Below are positions 24,490 to 35,497 of a DNA stretch of 64,000 bases, one piece after another. The number at the start of each line of letters is the position of its first letter. Positions within the stretch are counted from its first letter, which is position 1. The notes beneath the pieces were generated by a model. The model searched no databases, had not been told where the DNA came from, and worked only from the letters and a program-made list of their open reading frames with translations. A program made the position numbers and the translations under genes. The stretch covers positions 103,168,001 to 103,232,000 of the forward strand of contig OZ024743.1 of NCBI GenBank assembly GCA_964016885.1. Reading direction: 5' to 3'. The DNA comes from Eledone cirrhosa (lineage: Eukaryota).

Positions 24490-26755
24490 TAATACTACCC
24501 ATTCCATAAAATTAATGAGAATCTAAACTATGTAAGTTTTAACTCTAATCATCCTAAATCTATTAAGAACACTATTGTCAATTGTCTCAAACAACGGATT
24601 TCACGCATCTCCGCTAATAAAAACATTTTTGATGATAAGGCAGAATATTATAATGAAGCTTTAAACAGAGCAGGGTATATAAATAAGATTAAATACATCG
24701 ACAACAATAATAAAGCAAATCACCCTACTATTAATTATAATAATAATAAAAAAATTAACTTAAACTCACAGAAGAACTAGAACTAGAAATATTATTTGGT
24801 ATTCACCCCATTCTCATTAAGCGTTAAAACACCTTTAGCAAAGCTAAATGTTTCCTAAAGCCCACAGATACCACTCAATCTTTAACAGACATACTATAAA
24901 ACTATCCTAATCTACTACTATGAACATAGCACAAAATATAAATAAAATTAATAATAGAAAGTTAAATTTAAATCCTAACCAAAATAACCAAAAGAGCAGT
25001 AATAATTCTAGCAATATCCAACCTAAGTGTACCGTTCCGAGCAACAACAACTCCGCAAAATGTAACTGTAGAATTAAATCAAACTGTCCTTTACAAAATA
25101 AGTGTTTAGATAAAAACGTGGTCTACAAATGCACAGTTAAAACTAGTGATAATATATTTAACTATGTCGGTGCAACTTCTACAGAATTTAAAAGTCACTG
25201 GAATAACCACAATTTTTCTTTCCGAAGATTTGATAAAAAATCTTCAACTTCTCTTTCAAACCTGATATGGAACTTAAAATGCAAAAATATAGACTATTTA
25301 TTAGCTTGGGAAACAGTTTCAAAAGCACCCACATACCGAAACACAGCTCTATCCAGATTCTGCAAATTGTGTATTGAGGAAATTTTTTTATATACTTAAC
25401 TGTAAAAACTAAATTAATCTAAGAAAGAATTTATTTAATTCTTGTAGACATCGCCAGATTTCAACATTCAGAACTATATATAACTTATAATTATACTTAT
25501 AATATTCCTATTAATCTCATCTACTTGGCTTTAATATCTTGATATCTCTAAATCATAATATCTCTAACATAATATATCTAAATTTTCATATAATATATAC
25601 GTATATAATTCTAATTTTTAATTTGAATAATTTTTTATTTCTTTAAAAATTACTTATCTCTTAAAAAATTTCTTTGAAAGGATTTTCTAAAATTTCTCAA
25701 AAGTTTTTTAAAAATTTTTCTCAGGATTTAAAGAAATTTTTTTTTTTTATTTTTTCAATATTTTTTTTCAATATTCTTTTCAACATTTTTTTATATATTT
25801 TTTCAATATATTTTTTCAATATATTTTTCCAATATATTTTTTCAATATCTTTTCAATATTTTCTCAATAATTTTTCAATATTTTTTCAATAGATTAATAA
25901 CCACTAACTGATTCTGGTTAAATGTATCTTAAACATCCGTGCTTATTTTGACTAAATAGTTTCACACTAACAAATAAATAAAACCAGATTTTTTCCTTAT
26001 CTTCCCTTTTAAATCATATAAATATAAATATTCTTACTTAACTCAGTTAATTTAATTTAATTTAATTTAATTTAATTTTAAATACATATTTATTTACATA
26101 AAATACAAAACCAATATCCCTCATAACTCACTTGAACAAATATCTATAACATGATATACCCATCTATTTATTTATTTATCTACTTATAAACGAATGAAAC
26201 ATATATTATAAACACATTTTAGGCAATTAATATAAATACACATAATATTAAGATATATATTTACATATAAACATACGTAATTGTCCGGATATATTTCCCT
26301 CAAATTAACGTTATATGAGTTTTTTTATTCATCTTCGGTTTTTTTTTTCTCTCTCTCTCTCACTATTTTGTCGTTCTTCTCTTCTCTCTTCTTTCTCTCC
26401 ATAGTCGGTTGTTTTTAAATTATTTACATATTCATTTGCATATTCACCCATAAGTTTGAAAAATCCCTAATACATTTCCACTATCCAGAGAACATCCGAC
26501 TGATAAGGTATTATTTCCCTGAGTAAGTCTTTATTTCTAAAACAAATTTTGTAATTTATCTGAAGAAAGCGTACCAAAGTCTTTTGGTACCCTTGAAATA
26601 TATATAATAAAATAAATATGGTCTTATAAATATAGTTTCCATTTATTTAATATCATTGAATATTTACTCCAGGAACTTGTTGTGTGCTCTAAATCAGTTA
26701 TGAACATTTATATTTATATTTGACGGATTTCCAACAAATTAAATACCCCCTTCTA

Positions 26756-26760
<5 letters not shown>
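23884..26760 (+). mobile_element. 5'-truncated Penelope-like element (Naiad-type) with inverted 5' duplication, degenerate
   Basis: RT thumb (SNHPKSIKN..RISRIS), CNCRIKSNCPLQNKC linker, GIY-YIG endonuclease (VVY..YVG..NHNFSF..CKLCIEE) at 24920-25399, AT-rich 3' region, hammerhead, end in (TA)n. The 173-bp arms at 23884-24056 and 24487-24659 are inverted with 2 mismatches. Confidence 0.88.
26555..26611 (+). ncRNA. Minimal type I hammerhead ribozyme
   Basis: tttat CTGAAGA aagcgtaccaaagtcttttggtaccctt GAAA tatata TA ataaa, with palindromic stem III. Confidence 0.7.
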
Positions 26761-26837
<77 letters not shown>

Positions 26838-26838
26838 C

Positions 26839-26874
<36 letters not shown>

Positions 26875-26892
26875 GTAAATATATATATATAT

Positions 26893-27522
26893 ATAAATGG
26901 AATAGAATGAAACGAAATTTCATTTCTCACTCTTAGTAAGGCACTTACTTAAATGTAAGTATGTATGTATACGTACATACATATATGTATACAGACGTAC
27001 AGTAGTATGTATATATATACATACATGCACACATATATATATATGAACGTATCGGTTTACCGAACATTTATTATAATGCTCGGTTTGTTTGTTTGTAAAC
27101 ATATATGTATGTACGTGTACATACATACATACTTACATTTAAGTAAGTGCCGTACTAAGAGTGAGAAATGAAATTTCGTTTCATTCTATTCCATTTATCG
27201 TTTTCGGTGTGCCGTTAATATGCTTAAGGAAAGTATATACTTTGAGACGTTCAACCATCTGGCAGGAAGGTATACGATGATGACGATAGCTAATAAGCTT
27301 GAAACTAGTACATCGTTCCTGTGTCAGAGTTGAACAAAAAGGTGACGTGGTTGCCTAAACACTGTACGGCGTAATTGTTTACAAACAAACAAATCGAGCA
27401 TTATAATAAATGTTCGGTAACCGATACGTGCATATATATATATGTGTGCGTGTATGTATATATATACATACTACTGTACGTCTGTATACATATATGTATG
27501 CACGTATACATACATACATACT

Positions 27523-27530
<8 letters not shown>
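26893..27530 (+). mobile_element. Retrozyme-like non-coding element (unit of about 390 bp with hammerhead) preceded by an inverted partial copy
   Basis: 26893-27110 is the reverse complement of 27375-27530 joined to 27100-27198. The motif atatatgtatg.acgt.tacatacatacatacttacat recurs at about 27101 and 27490. Confidence 0.68.
27274..27316 (+). ncRNA. Minimal hammerhead motif with C3A core substitution
   Basis: acgatg ATGACGA tagctaataagctt GAAA ctag TA catcgt. Stem I is extended by caggaa/ttcctg. Confidence 0.7.
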
Positions 27531-27559
<29 letters not shown>

Positions 27560-27723
27560 TTATATATAAGCAAGATGTATGGTAGATCGTATGTGAATCG
27601 CGATGATCACGTCTGACCTACCAAATATTTGACGGTAGCTAGTTAAGCTCTATGCGTGTAAGCAGAGCAGAAATATTAGTGAAAAAGAACAAAGGAACTA
27701 TTATGACATTATAACAAGTTTAT

Positions 27724-27770
27724 TGCCGACAGCCGTTTCGTCCGACCATATGGTACGTCTTTTCAAGGCA
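27724..27770 (-). ncRNA. Hammerhead motif, U3-A8 core variant with decayed stem II
   Basis: Minus strand: tgcc TTGAAAA gacgtaccatatggtcggac GAAAC ggct GTC ggca. Confidence 0.55.
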
Positions 27771-28691
27771 TATAACATGTGATTGTAAGATCATTATTTA
27801 CATCAACGTATCACTCAAGACTAGCAGTTTGAAATTGTGGTATACATCAGCAGCTGCGCTTGTATAGTTGGGGTCTATATTCTAAGGGGCTCTTTTATAT
27901 TAGTTGTCGGGGTCAGGGATTGAAGGTTAAAAATTAGATAATATATAATTTGCGCATTAAAAGTAAAGATTAAATTATAGGACTTGGGATCCCGTAGAAG
28001 CACCTTAAAAAATCCCTCAATAAGTGCATAAAGCTTACAGGCTCCAATAAACCTAATAAACTAGGAGAAATTAAGAGGCTAATAAAATAAAATAAAAAAA
28101 TAGAAAAATAAAAATATAGAGTTTCCCTAAAAATATAAAGTTTGCTAAGAAATTCCTTCGATAGAAAAAAAATTTTTTCGAAAGAAAAAAACTTTCTTCC
28201 CCCGAGATCACGTTAACAAATTTCAGAAAACTTACGAGGTTTTGATATTCCCTACTAAGTTGAAAGAAACTAATCAATTAAAGGTTAATTCAAAGAGCCT
28301 TCAATAAATCTCTCAGAAAAGGCCCCTTTAATATTTATAATAGGAGCTTCCTCGGAGAGACCCTTCGAAGAATTAAAATTTTAGAGAGCCTTTAAGGATA
28401 TATATAAACAAATTGAGGAAAATTATAAATTAAAAGTTAAAAATTACGGTATTTGGGATGTCCGAGGAATTTTCAAAGGGCTGCTTCAACAGATACAACT
28501 TAGGCATAATAGATACAATAATTTAAGTAATTTAAGTAATTTAATTAGGGAGCAATTCAAAGAGTTTATCAAGTTGGGCAAGATTAAAGAAAGTGGTAAA
28601 TAAGAAAATACATAAGCAAAAAGACAATAATTATAAAATGTATTTTTAAGAAGGTATAAGGTAGCTTCAGTAATGTACTATCAAAAAATTA

Positions 28692-28945
28692 AGGATTAAC
28701 AAAGACATAATAATATATTCCTGCCTAATTAACAAGTAATCAATACACTATTAACAGTCAGGCAAAATTTGCTCAGGGATATCCTGCGCTCGGATACTTT
28801 ACACACACACAGCAACACATAGGATTAACACAGACTTAATGTTATATTCCTGCCTAATTAACAAACAATCAATTAACAATTGATGGTCAAGAAAATGTAC
28901 TCAGGGATATCCCGCGCACGGATATTTACATACATACAGCAGGAT
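28692..28945. repeat. Diverged tandem duplication of about 125 bp
   Basis: aggattaaca.agac...tatattcctgcctaattaacaa...ctcagggatatcc.gcgc.cggata occurs twice. Confidence 0.88.
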
Positions 28946-30742
28946 GAACAGTACTGGTGACCTTGTGGGTGCGATATCCATTATGCGTATGTAGTCATCT
29001 GCATAGCTCCAGGCACAGTTGGTCTTGTTTAAAAGTTCATAGTCCACGGATCAACTGTGATTCACTATCAGCTGTGTGGACTCTCTGGGAAATGTACCTG
29101 TGGATCAAATAGCTAGTGGTTGCTGGGTGTGGTCCGTTCAATCTTTTAGTTTCGGGGGTTGCACGCGTTTGCGATAGATCAGCCTGCCGGTTCTAAATCC
29201 AAGGTCTCGCTACATAGGATGTATTGGTCTACATGCTATATTGGTAAAAAAACCAGTGTGGATTTGACTAGGGTGGTGTACTACGAACTCTAAGCCCACA
29301 CGCGACTGGTCAAATGCGAAGGGCTGTCCCCTCTTTGTTTGCTGTATGGGTCGGTTCCAGCTTAGATGGTGGTCGTGTTATCCATATTCCGTCAGCCCTG
29401 TATATTCAAGACAGATCAGGGTATATATTTGCGGGTATGGTCCGGCGTCTACGCTATCCAAAGGGTCTCTCCTGTGGTATTTTCAAGTTCGCATGTCATC
29501 TCCCGGTTAAGACTGCGCATGCTTCGGTGAATCTCATGCATGGAATCTTGGGGTATCATATTACACGGGGTGACTAGCAGAAAATATATATTCTATGCTA
29601 TCGCGCACGCGCTGGCCTGTGGCTACGACCGTATCCAGTCTCGGGTAGTAGCAGACAGCAGGTAGACCAGCTAGATATACCCCTGTTCAAGGGGCACAAC
29701 CCCTAACTTATCGAGTGGTCAGACATCAAGGGAGTCAACTCTCCAAGCCCATTAAGTCAACTGTGGTAAAATACAAAAAAATCCCTATTAATAAAGAACT
29801 AATAATAAAGAAGAACTAACTTAAAAGAAGTGAGTGGGGGAGAATGGGGAGGGGCATCTATTTGGGCGGGGGTTTACTAGGGGAGGGGGGGTTGATTGGT
29901 TATAGGCAGGGAGCGGCCACCATATTGGGTGTTTTGTTACTGTTTCCCTGGGCATGTTCCCGAGTTTGTTGACATACATCTCCGACGGCACCTTCCCAGA
30001 CTAGTCAACGTGGGTCCAGGCACTCACAATGTCCTACACGCAGGCATCAGCTGCCCCCAGGGTGCCCAGCAACAATGCTGCCACCAATCCCAAGTTGCCA
30101 AGTGGGACACAGGGTCGTCTGTTCCTCACCAGAGTCCCCATCGGCAATCTGGGAGCCGAAGCATCTATGCGGCCGGGGTTACTAAATAGCACCCTGTTCG
30201 CCAGCGGGGCTGCCAAGTGCGGGACAGGGTGGTGTCAGGGCTATGTGTCTGGTCTGAAGAAAAAGAAAGAGCTAAGTATAGTATGGGGGCATGACGAGAA
30301 GATTTCTGATCTCCTGTTGAGCAAGTTGAGTCCTGAGAATACTATGGCATGAGATTCAGATAGGCACAAGCTACAAAACCTGCTCAACGAGCTATATGGA
30401 GGAGCTTTAGTAAGGCATCTCCAGCTTAGTGTGTAGGGGTTTTTTGTTTGTTTTAAGTTATGTATGTGCCCCGCTAACGACGTGGTATTTTTAAGCTTCT
30501 CATATCGGAAGCTATGCTGGTGGGCGTTGAATCTCGTTGAGCAGGTTTTGTAGCTTGTGCCTATCTGAATCTCATGCCATAGTATTCTCATACGAAAAAA
30601 AATAAAAAAAATAAAAATAAAAATAAAAAGCTTCCTAAAAAATTCCTTCAAAAGAAAAAGATGTTTTTTTTCCAAGATATCCCCTTAAAATTTTTTAGAA
30701 AATTTACGAAGATTTAATAATCCCTACGAAAGTTCTAAACTC

Positions 30743-30855
30743 AAAAATTAAAAATTAAAAATTAAAAATTAAAAATTAAAAATTAAAAATTAAAAATTAA
30801 AAATTAAAAATTAAAAATTAAAAATTAAAAATTAAAAATTAAAAATTAAAAATTA
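30743..30855. repeat. (AAAAATT)n heptamer repeat
   Basis: About 16 perfect units. Confidence 0.97.
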
Positions 30856-31282
30856 GGGAAAAGAACTTTCAATAAGATTTAAGAGGTTAATAAAGTTAAT
30901 GATTTAGGAAATCCATAATATAAAGATTAAGTTTTAAGTTAGGATTTGAATTTTAAGAGTTCCAAACCCAGAAATTAAAAAATTTAATGAATTTAAGATT
31001 AAGCAATCTTATATATCCAAGATTAAAAATTAAAGATTCAGAGGTTGAACATTAAATTTAATTTTAAAAATAAAGAAATAAATAGTTGAAAGAAATTAAT
31101 CAATTAAAGGTTAATTCAAAAAGCCTTCAAAAAATCCCTCAGAAAAGGCCCCTTTAATATTTTTAATAAAAACCTCTTCCGAAAAACCCTTCTAAGAATT
31201 AAAAAGGAAGACACTCGGCATATATCTCAGAAACAATAATGAAAGAAAAAAAAAATTAATAATAATAATAATTATGATAATA

Positions 31283-31986
31283 ATTTACAAGGAGGAGGCT
31301 AGCCCACTGTTTAGGATCTTTGGAGGGAGAGAGAGAGGAAACTGTGGTTCACATTGTATCCGAGTGTAAACACCTAGCCCAGACTCACTATAAAGGCTGA
31401 AGACATGATGTGATGGGCAGGGTGATCCACTGGCACCTATGCAAAGTAAACAATTTACCACATTCTGAGAAGTGGTATGAGCATAAGCCAGAGTCGGTAC
31501 TAGAAAACGATCAGGTGAAGGAGCTATGGGATTTTAGGATACAGACGGACAAGAAACTGGAACACAATAGGCCTGACCTAGTGGTTTGGGACAAGGAAAA
31601 AAGATCGTGCCTGATTGTAGATGTAGCCTGCTCATTTGACACGAGAGTGCAAGAAAATGAGAGGGAGAAAATTAACCGATACCAGGACTTAAAGTGGGAG
31701 GTAAAAAGGATTTGGAACTTCCATGAAGTCAGAGTCGTCCCGATTGTCATAGGCGCACGAGGTACTATCTCAAAGAGTTTCCAAGGATGGTTAAAGAAAA
31801 TTAGTCCAGTCCCGCTTTTTGGAACACTTCAAAAGGCATGCCTGCTGGGAGCAGCAAGAACCCTCCGATACGTCCTGAATATCTGAGGCTGCAGGTAGCG
31901 GCTTGATGTTCATTTCAACAAACTTTCCAGTTAAATAACATCAATGACTAAAGACTCAAAGAACAATAATAATAATAATAATAATA
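31283..31986 (+). mobile_element. 5'-truncated Dong copy (CCHC + RLE + 3' UTR) flanked by TAA repeats
   Basis: Closely similar to 6300-6975. TAA tracts at 31256-31283 and 31964-31986. Confidence 0.93.
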
Positions 31987-33668
31987 TAGTTTGTCCCCTC
32001 TGTTGTTTGTCCTTGCCCTGATCCCCCTGACCATTATACTGCGAAAAGTGAGAGCAGGATACAAGTTGGGAAAGGGAGAGTTTACCATCAATCACCTCCT
32101 CTTGATGGACGATCTTAAGCTCTTCGGGAAGAGTGAGAAGGAGTTGGATGTGCTTGTTGACACTGTCCGTATTTTCAGCAATGATATATGTATGCAATTT
32201 GGTATTAGTAAGTGTGGAGTCCTTGTGATGAAGAGCGGTAAATTGAGCAGAAGCCACGGAATCCAGGTACCAACAGGTGAGATGATAAAGTAAATTGATA
32301 CTGAAGAGGGATACAAATATTTAGGTGTTCTGGACGCTGATGACATCAAGAACAAAAAAAATGAAGGAATTGATAAGATCTGAATACATTCGGAGAGTAA
32401 GGAGCTTATTAAAGTCACATCTGAATAGTAGGAATGCCATAAGTGCAGTAAATTCACGAGCTGTGTCTATTATTAGGTACAGTGCGGGAATTCTGAGATG
32501 GAATGTTGCTGAACAAAAAGAAATGGATAGGAAGACTAGGAAGCTATTGACTATCTACAACATGTTCCACAAGAGGAGTGATGTCGATAGACTCTACCTA
32601 AGGACATCTGAAGGTGGAAGAGGTCTTATCAGCATAGAGGACTGTGTTAAGATGGTGAAAAACAACCTACACAAGTACGTGACTGATAGTAGGGAGCCAA
32701 TGCTCAGAATTGTACTGAAGGAGAGGACAATAGACCAGAGGATGTCCAGGGAGGAAATAACAACAAGGAGAAAGAGCAACCTTCATGAAAAATCCCTTCA
32801 TAGTGCCTTCTTTGAGAAAACTGAATTTAGAGATCCACAGACATGGAGCTGGTTGAAAAGAGGAGACCTTAAAAAGGCTACAGTAGGAATGCTATACTGC
32901 GCAAGAGCAGGCCCTCGAAACGAAGTGGCTGAAACACCATATTTACAAGGAGGAGGCTAGCCCACTGTGTAGGATCTGTGGAGAGAGAGAGGAGACTGTG
33001 GCTCACATTGTATCCGAGTGTAAACACCTAGCCCAGACTCACTATAAAGGCTGGAGACATGATGTGATGGGCAGGGTGATCCACTGGCACCTATGCAAAG
33101 TAAACAATTTACCACATTCTGAGAAGTGGTATGAGCATAAGCCAGAGTCGGTGATAGAAAACGATCAGGTGAAGGTGCTGTGGGATTTTAGGATACAGAC
33201 GGACAAGAAACTGGAACACAATAGACCTGACCTGGTGGTTTTGGACAAGGGAAAAAGATCGTGCCTGATTGTGGATGTAGCCTGCCCATTCGACACGAGA
33301 GTGCAAGAAAATGAGAGGGAGAAAATTAACCAATACCAGGACTTAAAGTGGGAGGTAAAAAGGATTTGGAACTGCGACGAGGTCAAAGTTTTCCCGATTG
33401 TCATAGGCGCACTATGTACTATCTCAAAGAGTTTCCAAGGATGGTTAAAGAAAATTGGTCCTGCCCCGCTTTTTGGAACACTTCAAAAGGCATGCTTGCT
33501 GGGAACAACAATAACCCTCCGATAAGTCCTGAATATCTGAAGCTGTTGGTAGTGGCTTGATATTCATTTCAACAAACTTTCCAGTTAAATAACATCAATG
33601 ACTGAGACTCAAAGAACAATAATAATAGTAATAATAATAATAATAATATTAATAATAATAATGATAAT
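31986..33668 (+). mobile_element. 5'-truncated Dong copy (RT C-terminal half + RLE), head-to-tail with the previous copy
   Basis: Begins at DSLSPLLF, closely similar to 5348-6975, TAA tail at 33618-33668. Confidence 0.93.
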
Positions 33669-35497
33669 GGTTTCTTTATTGGCCACAAGGGCTGACACGA
33701 AGAAAAACATTAGAGCCGGCACAGAACAGTATAGGACGATACAAAGTGGGTTTTGGTCGCGTAAACTGTTTATAACAAAATCAGGCTAGAAATCAATTCA
33801 AACAACAAAAATTCCCCAAGAAGGGGGAAACCTCCGAGGGTCACTCGTGTTGAAAACCACACAAAAGACTACGGCCACCCTGACCACCAGGGCAAGCGCC
33901 CTCTCTCACTTTTCCTACTCTTCAGTCTACAAGCGTATACTCAGAGCGGGCCCGTTCACTCGGACCAGACTCGCCACTTTCACCCACCTTTCAACAAACT
34001 TACTAGAAGACAGCACTTGCCTCTCCACCCTGATTTTCCTCTTCAAATGAAACTTGAAAAAGTTAATCAGGGATTGGCCGGAGAGGAAAGTGTCCGTCTT
34101 CAACCCTTTCAACCTTGTCTACCACACAATCTCTTTCGCCATGGCCACCAGGCAGATCAAAACTGCCTGCCCTTCCTCCTCTTTAAAGGAGGATGGCGGG
34201 GCTATCTGCACAATGGACTCAGTCGAAAACCGGACCCGTCCTACACGCGACAGCAGCGGTTCGACATAGCTCCACAAGTCAGCAATCCTCGGGCACTGAA
34301 CGAGTGCGTGCAGGACGGCTGACAGCACCTCCATGCCTGTAGAGTTTATCTCGAACCGGCAACGCTCCTCGGTAGCACTGCCAGGCCAGGCATTTCTGGA
34401 AGTTGTCCATAAGCCCCGGTCTGAATGTTCTCTTGAAGAGAGCGAACAGCTGATCGTCTTCGACGCCCAGGGTCTCCCCGAGAACATCGTCGCACTTTAC
34501 ATCCACTAGCCCTCTATAGAATGCCGAGGTGGATGTTCCACCGATACTAGTGACCAGCTGGTAGAGGGCGGTGAGTGCTAGGAGACATTCCAGCTTCCAA
34601 GCTCTATCCCTCGGTCTTTTCCTGATCTAGGACTGCAGCTCCGTCAAGGAGACGAGCTGGTGAAAAGCGCGTCTGGCAAACGGCGACCACAACTGTTCAC
34701 CGTCAAGGAAGCACCAGAGATGACGCAGCCTAAGCGCATGTTTGCGCATCATTACCCACGGCATGCCTAGACCTCCACGCAACGCGTGTTGACAGCAAAT
34801 GGATCGTCTGACCATGGGAGTACGTCCCTTCCACAAAAAGCGGAAGAGAAGGCGCTCCATTTTGGTCAGAGTTGGGCGGGGGCAGGGTACGATGGTCAGG
34901 CGGTAGTAGATGACGGACGCGATATACGCATTCGCCACCTCCGCCCGACTTTTCAGAGACAGCCTACTCTCTGCCCATTTCTGGGTGAGAGAGGCCACTC
35001 TGCTCATCACCTCGCTCCAGTTTTTCTCCATCTGGAGGTCCGGACCGAACCAGACCCCGAGCAATTTAACCGGTCCTTCCATCAGCGCCCCACGACACTG
35101 TCGGACGACATGGACTTGAGCTCCAGGTGCCGAGTTGGAAGCCCACCGAATTTTCCTGGTTTATCTTCGCTCATGTGACCGCTTGGTATTCCTTGAGAGC
35201 GGTGCCGAGCATCTGGACATGTTTGGTGCTCGACACCACCACGGTGACGTCGTCGGCGTAAGCTGTCACGGTTCTCCCGCATCCCAGTTCGCGTGGGAAC
35301 CCCCCCCCCCCCATCGTCTCCAATTTGTGCTGTAACGGCTCTAAGGCCAGTACGTACATGACGGACGAGAGGGGGCAACCCTGGCAGACCGAGCACATGA
35401 TGCTGAAAGGCTGCGACAGATGACCATTAACCTTAACAATCGAGCAGATGTCGCTGTGCATCGCAGCGAACCAGCTCCTAAAAACGGGCCCGAAGCC
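33669..35497 (-). mobile_element. Tx1-type element, 3' part of ORF2 and 3' UTR, degenerate
   Basis: QGCPLS, AYADD, GGLGMP, LHALVQC. 3' end aataaagaaacc-(att)n. Confidence 0.9.

Larger units (their letters stand above)
27700..31205 (-). mobile_element. Penelope-like (Naiad-type) 3' fragment with long 3' region and partial repeats
   Basis: GIY-YIG C-terminal half at 30241-30535 (RFNAHQHSFR..TSLAGHIHNLK..CSLCLSE..LLNRRSEIFSSCPH). 58-bp inverted duplication at 30334-30391 / 30533-30590. 28100-28380 is repeated at 30600-30735 plus 31084-31204. Hammerhead at the distal end. The extent is inferred. Confidence 0.65.

Noticed and set aside
26893-28945. CRISPR-like or other prokaryotic array
   Set aside because: There is no regular repeat-spacer periodicity and the context is eukaryotic.
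31084-31204. G-to-A hypermutation relative to the copy at 28259-28378
   Set aside because: Only about 6 of 14 differences are G/A, too few to claim deaminase action.
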